A stretch of DNA of 32,000 bases, taken from Candidatus Saccharimonadota bacterium (GTDB lineage Archaea > Nanohalarchaeota > Nanosalinia > Nanosalinales > Nanosalinaceae). A model generated the notes under the pieces. That model worked only from the letters and a program-made list of their open reading frames with translations. It did no database searches and was not told where the DNA came from. The position numbers were made by a program, and so were the translations under genes. The stretch covers positions 930,001 through 962,000 of the forward strand of contig NZ_CP107255.1 of the NCBI RefSeq assembly GCF_029232205.1. The letters are read 5' to 3'. Numbering within the stretch: the stretch's first letter is position 1; each line of letters starts with the position of its first letter. Shown here piece after piece: positions 6,757-14,673 of the stretch.

Positions 6757-7878
6757 CTAGTCATCGGTGAAATCGTGGTTGTAAGGGTCGACTATGAATT
6801 CCATGTATCTTTTTCCAGAGTTAACAGGTACTTTTGAGAACTTATCCTTTAACACCAGCTTTAGATTTGATTTCTGCACAGTTAGAGTAACTTTAGCCTG
6901 ATCTTCCCAGTCATAGCACGTGCCATTTGTGCTGGCGCAGCACGAGCCAACGTCATTTCTAGTCTTATGTGTTTGTTTAACGGAAAAATTGTTTGAAGTA
7001 GCGCCGTAGTCTAAATTCTGGCTAGGCCCTTTCAAGACTACTTCATCATACACCATATCTTTGTAATTTGTGCCAGAGGAAATCACGTTGTAGACCCCCT
7101 CATTAACTTTTTGGTTAGCGCTTGACAGAGCATTATCTTCCGCAGTTGAGAAATCACTGTGGCCTATAGAGCATTGTTTTGTGCTCTTGCCGACATATTT
7201 ATCGACAGACTGCCAATTATCATAAATCTGATAAAGCGTTCTGTTAGCTTCTTCAGCCATTTTAAGATATCTGTTTCCAGTAGCATCGAATTCAAGATTT
7301 AGGAAAGAGTCATTTGCTTTGTACATTGTCTGTCCATCCGGCAGATCACAGTTAACCTGTATCGGGTTTGCGGCAAAAATATTGCCTTTTAGGGAGTAAG
7401 GATTTTCTTCGAACCAGACTCCAAGACTGTAGTCAGGCCTTTCACATCTTCCTGCCTGGCCGGAAGTTACCATATTGTTTAGATCCTGTTCTACCTCATT
7501 GTTTAGTTTGCAGCTTATTTCTCCTATTATTGGCAGCGTTGAACAGGTGTTTCCTGGTATTCTGTTGTATGGAATATTGTTTGAGCTGGATTTGTAGATT
7601 TCATAGTCCCAGTCCACGTTTGGGCCTCCTCCCTGTTTCGCCATCTCATAGGTATTCTGGTATGTAGTGTAGAGTGCTGCTGTTGGAACGTAGTTGTAGA
7701 AATATAGCTCTCCGTAGGCCTTGGTATCCGCCATTCTGTCTAGATCTTTTACAGATGTGTCCAGGTTGTCTGAGAAGTAGCTGTTTACTGGTAGGGACAT
7801 CATTCCGAATACTAGAGAGAGCACTAGGAGGCCTACTGCTGCGAGTACTGCTGATGGTTCTCCTTTTCTATCGTACAT
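6757..7878 (-). CDS. large prepilin-like protein (373 aa), Cys-rich extracellular domain
   Basis: MYDRKG-EPSAVLAAVGLLVLSLVFG is followed by an N/S/T/Y-rich domain with 8 Cys. A strong Shine-Dalgarno GGAGGTG (7885-7891) sits 6 nt before the ATG. Confidence 0.78.
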   Translation of the reverse strand: MYDRKGEPSAVLAAVGLLVLSLVFGMMSLPVNSYFSDNLDTSVKDLDRMADTKAYGELYFYNYVPTAALYTTYQNTYEMAKQGGGPNVDWDYEIYKSSSNNIPYNRIPGNTCSTLPIIGEISCKLNNEVEQDLNNMVTSGQAGRCERPDYSLGVWFEENPYSLKGNIFAANPIQVNCDLPDGQTMYKANDSFLNLEFDATGNRYLKMAEEANRTLYQIYDNWQSVDKYVGKSTKQCSIGHSDFSTAEDNALSSANQKVNEGVYNVISSGTNYKDMVYDEVVLKGPSQNLDYGATSNNFSVKQTHKTRNDVGSCCASTNGTCYDWEDQAKVTLTVQKSNLKLVLKDKFSKVPVNSGKRYMEFIVDPYNHDFTDD

Positions 7879-8422
7879 TCAGTACACCTCCTGATTCGTA
7901 GTATATTGTGATTCTGCCTTGGCCTCCTTGAACTGCTATTGGGTAGCTTACTCTTGAATATTCTGATACCTGGCCTACACTCAGGACAGCTCCGTTCTGA
8001 TCGTATAGCTGTACCATGTAAGGTTTGTTGCCGTAGCTATTGTTCATTACTGTTCCAATATAGTTAGAGATATCGGTTTCCGTGTCGTTGTAGTCTACTC
8101 TGGTACCGTTCAGCCATATATCTTCGCCAGGACTTGATGAAAGGAATTTAGATATGACTGTGTAGGCCTTTTGATCCTGGTATTTTCCGTACGTGACGCT
8201 GTCGGCTCTCCATAGCTTGTCAACCATTATCCTTGTGGCTGAGGTTCTGATCCGGATTTTTTCGGCGTTGAAGTTGACATTTTTATCGACATTGACGTTC
8301 TGTGTGTTTTCCGCCATTGCATTCAGTGAGAAAATGTAGATTGCTATCATTGTGACTATGATGAAGACCATGGTGAATCCTAGGGCCTCTATTAGGCCTT
8401 TACGAGGTTGGGTATGGGTCAT
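7868..8422 (-). CDS. prepilin-like protein (184 aa)
   Basis: The N-terminus is MTHTQPRKG-LIEALGFTMVFIIVTMIAIYIF. The gene overlaps both neighbours (8400-8422 and 7868-7878). Confidence 0.75.
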   Translation of the reverse strand: MTHTQPRKGLIEALGFTMVFIIVTMIAIYIFSLNAMAENTQNVNVDKNVNFNAEKIRIRTSATRIMVDKLWRADSVTYGKYQDQKAYTVISKFLSSSPGEDIWLNGTRVDYNDTETDISNYIGTVMNNSYGNKPYMVQLYDQNGAVLSVGQVSEYSRVSYPIAVQGGQGRITIYYESGGVLNVR

Positions 8423-9005
8423 AGACGTAGATTCTCACTGGGAGTTTTGAATGGTTTTTGTCGTTTCTTACTAGTAAAGCTGTGGATACTACTGCTCTCT
8501 GTCTTACTGCTGGATGCATTGAGATACATTTACTCCTCGTGGCCTGATTATTGGTACCATTAACTGTAACAGACTTGAAATCTTCATTTGCATCTCCTAG
8601 GCCATTCCCTTGAGGATCTACTGCCTCATTTTCAAGGATTCTTATACCGAAGGCAAAGTTTTGGCCATCGAGGCCTTCAACTTCTTCTATGTAGCAGTGG
8701 TCTGTTCGTCTAAATACATTGTATCCTATTCCGTTCGGCCCAGGGTTGTAGTTAGAGAAGTACTCAACAGGTATTACTCCTCTTCTTTGAGTGTACTCGT
8801 AGCCATAAAGATCCTCTGTATCTGCATCTAGAGACAGTATATTTTCTAGTACTATGGCCTTTCTGTAGTCTTCTGTCTGTGTTGCTTCGATGTTGTGATT
8901 TATCTGTGTTAGGCCTCCAAGGAAGAATGAAAATATTACCATTATACCCAGAAAAATCATTACTGCATATGCTATATAGGAGATTGAGTCAAGTTCAATA
9001 GCCAT
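8400..9005 (-). CDS. pilin-like or membrane-anchored protein with an N-terminal hydrophobic helix (201 aa)
   Basis: The N-terminus is MAIELDSISYIAYAVMIFLGIMVIFSFFLGG and the protein has 2 Cys. Its start abuts the upstream stop (9005/9006). No basic-G leader is present. Confidence 0.65.
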   Translation of the reverse strand: MAIELDSISYIAYAVMIFLGIMVIFSFFLGGLTQINHNIEATQTEDYRKAIVLENILSLDADTEDLYGYEYTQRRGVIPVEYFSNYNPGPNGIGYNVFRRTDHCYIEEVEGLDGQNFAFGIRILENEAVDPQGNGLGDANEDFKSVTVNGTNNQATRSKCISMHPAVRQRAVVSTALLVRNDKNHSKLPVRIYVYDPYPTS

Positions 9006-9431
9006 CTAGCTAGGGCACCCAGATTCATTTAGTATGAGGGTTGATTGTCCTGAGCGGTATTCTTTCTGAATACAGAGAGATCCGTTAACCGGTTCGTAAA
9101 CAGATGGTGCTATTATATTGTCATAACTGATCATGTATGGTTCTATCTGACTGCTTCCAACAGATCCTGAGAAGTTGAGACTTAGATTATTGTCATTTTG
9201 ATCATATTTTATCTGGTATCTTTCCATGCTAAGAGCTATGTGGCCTTCCGGTACCGTCTCCATGACCATCATGGCATTTATTACTCTCTCTGCCTGAAGA
9301 TCTACGGCCTGGTGGCTTGTGTAGTCAACACTCTGTCCAGCCGAACCATTAGTCAAGACGATTAGAAGGCCCATCACCATTAGGCCTACCAGGCTAAGAA
9401 TCATTGCTCCTGACACTCCTTTTCTTTTCAT
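9006..9431 (-). CDS. prepilin-like protein (141 aa)
   Basis: The N-terminus is MKRKG-VSGAMILSLVGLMVMGLLIVL. The protein has 2 Cys near the C-terminus and several N-x-S/T sequons. Confidence 0.75.
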   Translation of the reverse strand: MKRKGVSGAMILSLVGLMVMGLLIVLTNGSAGQSVDYTSHQAVDLQAERVINAMMVMETVPEGHIALSMERYQIKYDQNDNNLSLNFSGSVGSSQIEPYMISYDNIIAPSVYEPVNGSLCIQKEYRSGQSTLILNESGCPS

Positions 9432-9433
9432 GA

Positions 9434-9910
9434 CTAATTCTCTTGCACTTCAACAAGTACTGCAGGTTTTCCGTTAACCTCTGTATCGTAGGAAACCGTT
9501 ACATTGTACGGTTCGCTCTTCTCAAATACATGGTGTAGCCGAGGCCCTGAATGGAACTGAATGTTGCAGCTGGCAATATAATCGCTTTCAGCCAGTAATG
9601 TGCTATCCTGAACTTTTGTCGCACGGAACTTTTGATCATTGTCTGGATCATCTTCCTCCGAAACAAGAGTGACATTCATCTTGGAGGAGAGCTGGAAGGT
9701 ATTACTTCTCTGATCTGCCGAGCTTCCCTGAACACATACATTCCTTGTAGGTAGGAAGACCTGTTCCTCAAGTTTCTGTGCATCATTGCTAGTAGCGCTC
9801 ATACCCAGAACATTTTGCAGAGATCCCACACCCACACTAATACTTGAAACCGTCGCCATCAATCCCAAGAGTGTAAATACCGTTGCAGATGCTGCAAGGC
9901 CTTTATGCAT
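9434..9910 (-). CDS. prepilin-like protein (158 aa from the ATG at 9910)
   Basis: The N-terminus is MHKG-LAASATVFTLLGLMATV. GAGGTGA (9919-9925) sits 8 nt upstream of this ATG. The track ORF start at 9982 is an unsupported extension. The protein has 2 Cys. Confidence 0.72.
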   Translation of the reverse strand: MHKGLAASATVFTLLGLMATVSSISVGVGSLQNVLGMSATSNDAQKLEEQVFLPTRNVCVQGSSADQRSNTFQLSSKMNVTLVSEEDDPDNDQKFRATKVQDSTLLAESDYIASCNIQFHSGPRLHHVFEKSEPYNVTVSYDTEVNGKPAVLVEVQEN

Positions 9911-10139
9911 TTGCTGGTTCACCTCTGTCAGATTGATATGCTGTGTTCTTACAGAATTCCTCAGGGTTGTCCTGATGGGCATTTCTTCCTATACATCCGA
10001 GAAGATCAGATCTATTGTTTCCGGCCTCAGCTCCTTTGTTGCCAGAGTCTTTCACTATAGTGTTTGCTGCTCCAAAGAGTGCCGAAATCAGTATTACTGA
10101 CAGTACTAAAGCTCCAACTACTTTAATTGCTGCGTGCAT
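9903..10139 (-). CDS. small pilin-like or membrane-anchored protein (78 aa)
   Basis: MHAAIKVVGALVLSVILISALFG is followed by a polar tail with 2 Cys. The gene overlaps both neighbours (ATGCATAA-type junction at 9903-9910). Confidence 0.6.
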   Translation of the reverse strand: MHAAIKVVGALVLSVILISALFGAANTIVKDSGNKGAEAGNNRSDLLGCIGRNAHQDNPEEFCKNTAYQSDRGEPANA

Positions 10140-10323
10140 ATCGGATACCTGAGATTATTGTTATTGATTTTATGAGAGAGGTGTTTGTTGCATTACCTCC
10201 GAAATCAACGAATCTGCCCGCGTAATTATTTGTAAGAACTCCGAGAACTGCGATTAGAATGATTACAAGCATGAATGCCATTACTATTGATAGACTGATT
10301 TCGAGGCCTTTCCGCGTTGACAC
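10123..10323 (-). CDS. small prepilin-like protein (66 aa, GTG start)
   Basis: The N-terminus is (GTG)STRKG-LEISLSIVMAFMLVIILIAVLG. An A/T box is centred about 27 nt upstream. The GTG start lowers confidence. Confidence 0.6.
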   Translation of the reverse strand: MSTRKGLEISLSIVMAFMLVIILIAVLGVLTNNYAGRFVDFGGNATNTSLIKSITIISGIRYARSN

Positions 10324-10355
10324 ATGGTTATTTTGTGAGAGCCTGTTAAAATAAT

Positions 10356-10493
10356 CTAAGGGGTTGGATAGGTTACGTTTCCTGCGAAGTTGCCTGCCAT
10401 TGAGTCAAACCACCCTGAGAAGCCCATGAATATGACTGAAACTATCATGACTACAAGTACGAGCATTGCTACTGTCTTTACTGATACTTCCAT
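10356..10493 (-). CDS. 45-aa single-helix membrane or pilin-like peptide, absent from the supplied ORF track
   Basis: My hand translation is MEVSVKTVAMLVLVVMIVSVIFMGFSGWFDSMAGNFAGNVTYPTP. GGTGA (10498-10502) sits 4 nt upstream of the ATG. The ORF fills the gap between two pilin-like genes. Confidence 0.55.
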   Translation of the reverse strand: MEVSVKTVAMLVLVVMIVSVIFMGFSGWFDSMAGNFAGNVTYPTP

Positions 10494-10502
10494 GTTGTCA
10501 CC

Positions 10503-12116
10503 CTAGTTGATTCTGATATCATTTATTCTTATCACCGCGTCCTCTGTTGTTCCTGAGGCCCATGATTCCCATGCTTCTAGTTCTACCCGATTAAAGTCTC
10601 CGTTCATGTTCTTTGAGTGTTCCCAGACGACGTTTCCTGAGCTATCTGTCATCTCCCATTCTACATTAGTTCCTGTCTTTCTCAGAACGATCGTATACTC
10701 CTCGCCAGTCTGATAGTTTGCAACCACGCCATAACTATCTCCCGCGGTATCTCCTGGATGCTGGTATGGAGGATCGTTGTTTTCATTGCAAGTTCTGCAG
10801 TACATCCATAGTTCATCAGTTCCTGTCGCATCAGTGTTGATATTGGTTACTCTGTCATTAGATGAATCTATCACATCTATTCTGAAGTGGCCTCTCGTTT
10901 CGAAGTATACATCAAATTCAATTCTCTTCTGGCCGGAAGGAAGATTCCAGACCATCTGATCGTCTCCATAGGAGTCATCTGGCCTAAAGACGTTGGTTCC
11001 AGATTCTTCATACAAAACTCTATCGTTGTTAAAGTTGTAGCTGTCTGGGGGGCTGGTAAGCTGGTTTATTATGCGTTGATTTGGAGTCGGATTATTACTC
11101 AGAGTACAGCTGCTGTTCATATCAGTTATCTGTATCATGCCATACAAGTTATCCTCGTTGTCTCCAGTACTGAGCACGCCGAGCATATCTCCAGAGGCCT
11201 CACCTGCGTTATGTGGAGATCCTTTACGGGTTTCAATGTACCCTTCATCTCCAGGACAGATTAAAACTTCTACATAGTGATCCTGGCCATTATTGGTTAC
11301 ACTATTTTCATCTTTTGGGAATCCATTTTCTTCACCAGGTTTGGTTAGCCATGGACCATCATTGTACTCATCACAGTAGAGTCCATCATTCTCTCCACCA
11401 TCTTGATATCTCTGCTCGATAGTCCTTCCGCCTCCTTCAGTATTAACTCGTGAACTTCCTCCTCCATTCTTGAAGAACAGGGTGAAGAAGCTGTAAGGCT
11501 TTTTGTTTATTATTTTCTGTCCATTCTGAGTAACAGCTTGAGAAGCATAACCATCTCCTACAACCGGTTTCCAGTCAGCACATCCAGGACCGAAAAGCCA
11601 GTCACTGTAGCCTGCTTTTCCATTCGGGCCATCTCCTGTAGAGACTCCTGCAAGGGTGGCTGCTGAGTTCGATCCGAATGCTAGGCCAGTCTTTAATCTA
11701 AATGGAGAGATAGAGGAGTTAATTTTGAATTTTATCCGGCCATACTTCCCCTCCATATCATTTCCGCTGCTGCTGTAGAGCTCTTGAGCGCCTTTTGCTA
11801 GGGTACTACCTGCTCCAGCACATGGAACCGCGCCGTCATCTGTGAGCGAGGTTGATCTTAAATCAGAAAAAGTCTCTCCTTCAATGTCATCGCAGCTCCA
11901 GGCGCGCCAATAATTGTACTTTAGAAGCTCTCCAAATGTCTCTTTATCATCTACTACAACCGTAGTGTTCACGTTTGTGAACCTCTCAGCTTCTCTGAAT
12001 CCTTCTCCTACTTTAGCTCCTAGAGGCCCAAACATTGCTCCGGATATTACTGCTGCCACCAGAACTGTAAGCATTATTTCTCCGAGGCCTGCTTCTAGTG
12101 CTCCTTTTCTTAGCAT
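10503..12116 (-). CDS. large prepilin-like protein (537 aa) with a C-terminal beta-rich domain; candidate tip adhesin
   Basis: MLRKG-ALEAGLGEIMLTVLVAAVISG is followed by a G/N/D/S-rich region with 8 Cys. The last ~150 aa show alternating beta-strand-like patterns (RIEFDVYFETRGHFRIDVID ... EYTIVLRKTGTNVEWEMTD ... AVIRINDIRIN). Confidence 0.8.
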   Translation of the reverse strand: MLRKGALEAGLGEIMLTVLVAAVISGAMFGPLGAKVGEGFREAERFTNVNTTVVVDDKETFGELLKYNYWRAWSCDDIEGETFSDLRSTSLTDDGAVPCAGAGSTLAKGAQELYSSSGNDMEGKYGRIKFKINSSISPFRLKTGLAFGSNSAATLAGVSTGDGPNGKAGYSDWLFGPGCADWKPVVGDGYASQAVTQNGQKIINKKPYSFFTLFFKNGGGSSRVNTEGGGRTIEQRYQDGGENDGLYCDEYNDGPWLTKPGEENGFPKDENSVTNNGQDHYVEVLICPGDEGYIETRKGSPHNAGEASGDMLGVLSTGDNEDNLYGMIQITDMNSSCTLSNNPTPNQRIINQLTSPPDSYNFNNDRVLYEESGTNVFRPDDSYGDDQMVWNLPSGQKRIEFDVYFETRGHFRIDVIDSSNDRVTNINTDATGTDELWMYCRTCNENNDPPYQHPGDTAGDSYGVVANYQTGEEYTIVLRKTGTNVEWEMTDSSGNVVWEHSKNMNGDFNRVELEAWESWASGTTEDAVIRINDIRIN

Positions 12117-12337
12117 ATGCTACCATCTGTTGCGTCCGCTACTACACTTGAAATTGCCTTCATGTATGGGCTCTGGCAGCTGCTGGTGGTTTCTGCGCCG
12201 AAAAGTGCTGGCAGAAGATATGGCATGACTAAGGCCCCGAAGGCTATTGAGAGGAATAGAGCCATTATTATTCTCATGCTCCAGCCCATTCCTTTGCTTT
12301 TAGCGTAAAAGTTGAGGGTTTTGAGAAAAGTCTTCAT
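12110..12337 (-). CDS. small prepilin-like protein (75 aa)
   Basis: A longer leader, MKTFLKTLNFYAKSKG, is followed by MGWSMRIIMALFLSIAFGALV. The protein has 2 Cys. The gene overlaps the next gene by 7 nt. Confidence 0.65.
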   Translation of the reverse strand: MKTFLKTLNFYAKSKGMGWSMRIIMALFLSIAFGALVMPYLLPALFGAETTSSCQSPYMKAISSVVADATDGSIC

Positions 12338-12360
12338 GTTAGAGAGTTGTGTTCTGTTGT

Positions 12361-12498
12361 TTATAGTAATTTTTCAATAATTCCTGTGACCACGTTGTCG
12401 ATTCCCTGGCTTACTGCTCCGATAATTGCGGCGGCTGCAATCACGGCAACACCCATCAGTACTAGCTCCTGTGTTGAAAACTCTCCTTTTCTCTTCAT
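12361..12498 (-). CDS. 45-aa prepilin (class III signal peptide, helix-only), absent from the supplied ORF track
   Basis: Codon-by-codon hand translation gives MKRKG-EFSTQELVLMGVAVIAAAAIIGAVSQGIDNVVTGIIEKLL. The ATG directly abuts the stop of the platform gene (12498/12499). A GGTGG Shine-Dalgarno-like element sits 8 nt upstream. Confidence 0.7.
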   Translation of the reverse strand: MKRKGEFSTQELVLMGVAVIAAAAIIGAVSQGIDNVVTGIIEKLL

Positions 12499-14670
12499 TT
12501 AGCCTGCCACCTGTGTAACGGATCCTACCATGCCTCCAAATAGCATTCCTACGATTATAAGAGTCATCGTATAGAAGAACATTCCCGAGATCATTATTTT
12601 TCCTATGAAGAGGTTCTTGTATGTAGGATCCTCTCCCTTCTTGATCTTCGTGAAGAAACTTCCCAGTATGTAAAGAAGCTGGATTAGATATACTCCTACT
12701 ACAAACTGCAGTAGCTCTGGAGGAATAGCTGAATCGAAACCAGATATTACTCCCCCAAGGCCTGCTGAGGCTCCCGGCTGGTTTCCGATCTCGGATTCTG
12801 TTACCGATTTTGAAAGAGTTGTCATGGCCGTAATGATTGTCTGAGACATGCCTACTGCAACCCCTGAAACTACTGGTGCCAGCAAGTATGCCAGCATCTG
12901 TATAGTTGTTGTAGTATCTTCCATCAGGTCGTTAAGCTGCTCCTGAGTCTTGTGAATATTCTTCAAGTATTTTGAAATTGTAAGCATTGCTGTAGAGGCC
13001 ATATTGGTTCCTTTTCTGGAGGATTCGATGATGGCCTTCATTACTGTTCTTATCATCTGACTTGGGAACTGTCTCAGTGCGCCGTAACGGTCATCCATTA
13101 TGGATTGTTCAAAGGTCATGCCCATGTCTTTGACGTTTTCTGAGGCCTTTCCAAACAGATTAGATATCTCAAGTTCTGAAGTAGCCTCTGCAGCTTCCTG
13201 TAGTGCAATTTCTACTGGTGTTCCCCCTGAAATCTTGTTTCCTAGTTCGAATAGTGCGTTTGGGAACTGGTCTTCTATTTTGGAGAGGTTTTTTTCAGCT
13301 TCTCTTCGTTCAAGATTTCCAAGCGTTTTTACGGCCCCTATTCCTACTCCGAGGCCGAAAATTATGGACACGCTTCTCATAAGCATCGGTAGTGGATCTA
13401 GTGCTCCTCCAGACTGTAGGTATATTGAGGGAACCTGACTCACGCTGAAGTCTCCTGCAGGGTAGAGAAGTAGTAGGCCTTCTCCAGCTCCTAGTGTAGA
13501 TAGGTATCCTACTACGCCATATGTGGCGAAGAAGAAGAATATTATTATTCCTACAGGCCATACTGGCGCTCTTATTGTCTTTCCTAGTACATCAAAGGTG
13601 TATTTTCCTCTTTCTGGCAGTGTTGAGTCATCTACCGGTTTGGTTGCTACTGTTGGCGGCCTTGAGCTGAGCACTCTTTTCATGAACCAGTAGAGGAATG
13701 TTGGCAGGAGCACGTTGAAGAGTAGGAAAAGGTGCATAGGTGTGATGGCGTCTCCCATGAATACGGAGATAAGCGGGAGCATGATCATACCAAGTACCGG
13801 AAGCATGGCTCCCATCGCGTTCAGGATCATGACAGGAGTCTCCAAGTTCTGCGCATAGTGTTTCATTTTCTCCTGTGTTCCGTCCAGAATGTTGTCGATC
13901 GAGTCCTGAAGCATAGATTCTCTTCTCTGTGGATCAGGCTGATTCATCGCAGAACGAAGAAGATTCAGCGATTCGAGGAAGTCATCGTTGTAGTCCTTCC
14001 ATCTTCTTGTGTAATTTTCAAGCGCACCATCAATCTTGTTGTACTTCCCTATCTCCAGATTCCATAGTACTGATTTCAGATCGTCCGAGATCGGGCCTTC
14101 CAGGTTAAGTGCTGCGAAACGAACTGCTCCCTCCAGATTAGGAGAGCTTCTCATGTATACTACCATGTACAGAATTGCAAGAATCATTTCTCCACTGCTT
14201 TCTATTAACTTGGACTGCGCTGCGTACTTGGGCTTGTAGTATGTATAGGCTCCCGCTATCATCGGAGCAGTCATCATTATCATCATGATCGATATAGGGA
14301 TGAGGCCTCCCAGAACCAGAGTGTTAATCATGAAAAGCATCATCCAGGCCATGAAAGAAAGCAGGAAGACCCCTACTGTTGCAGACATAACCATTCCTGG
14401 CGTTATATCCCATCCAAGAAGATTGATAGGTGGCGTCAGTTTTTTGTGAGTCTGCTCTCCGGCCTTCATGTTAAATACGTTTGCCATTTCATAGCAGAGC
14501 TTCTCATAACTATTTCTCTCCTGTGATCTCTCTTCATCTTCCTTGTAGTCCTTGTAAGAACGCGAATATCCTTGGCCTCCATCTTGATTGTTGTATGGAG
14601 GCATACTTACGTCTCTATCTAGATCATCTAGTATTTCATTTATCTTGTCCTGTTTTTCGTTCTTATCCAA
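12499..14670 (-). CDS. FlaJ/TadC/PilC-family polytopic platform protein of a type IV filament system
   Basis: The 723-aa product has an acidic cytoplasmic N-terminus, then alternating clusters of TM helices and soluble T2SS-F-like helical domains (ILYMVVYMRSSPNLEGAVRFAA..., IALQEAAEATSELEISNLF...). It lies immediately downstream of the secretion ATPase. Confidence 0.88.
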   Translation of the reverse strand: MDKNEKQDKINEILDDLDRDVSMPPYNNQDGGQGYSRSYKDYKEDEERSQERNSYEKLCYEMANVFNMKAGEQTHKKLTPPINLLGWDITPGMVMSATVGVFLLSFMAWMMLFMINTLVLGGLIPISIMMIMMTAPMIAGAYTYYKPKYAAQSKLIESSGEMILAILYMVVYMRSSPNLEGAVRFAALNLEGPISDDLKSVLWNLEIGKYNKIDGALENYTRRWKDYNDDFLESLNLLRSAMNQPDPQRRESMLQDSIDNILDGTQEKMKHYAQNLETPVMILNAMGAMLPVLGMIMLPLISVFMGDAITPMHLFLLFNVLLPTFLYWFMKRVLSSRPPTVATKPVDDSTLPERGKYTFDVLGKTIRAPVWPVGIIIFFFFATYGVVGYLSTLGAGEGLLLLYPAGDFSVSQVPSIYLQSGGALDPLPMLMRSVSIIFGLGVGIGAVKTLGNLERREAEKNLSKIEDQFPNALFELGNKISGGTPVEIALQEAAEATSELEISNLFGKASENVKDMGMTFEQSIMDDRYGALRQFPSQMIRTVMKAIIESSRKGTNMASTAMLTISKYLKNIHKTQEQLNDLMEDTTTTIQMLAYLLAPVVSGVAVGMSQTIITAMTTLSKSVTESEIGNQPGASAGLGGVISGFDSAIPPELLQFVVGVYLIQLLYILGSFFTKIKKGEDPTYKNLFIGKIMISGMFFYTMTLIIVGMLFGGMVGSVTQVAG

Positions 14671-14673
14671 GCA

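Noticed and set aside
9911-9982. 24-aa extension of the ORF 9434-9982
   Set aside because: GAGGTGA lies 8 nt upstream of the internal ATG at 9910, which yields a canonical MHKG-hydrophobic prepilin N-terminus. The extension would bury the signal.
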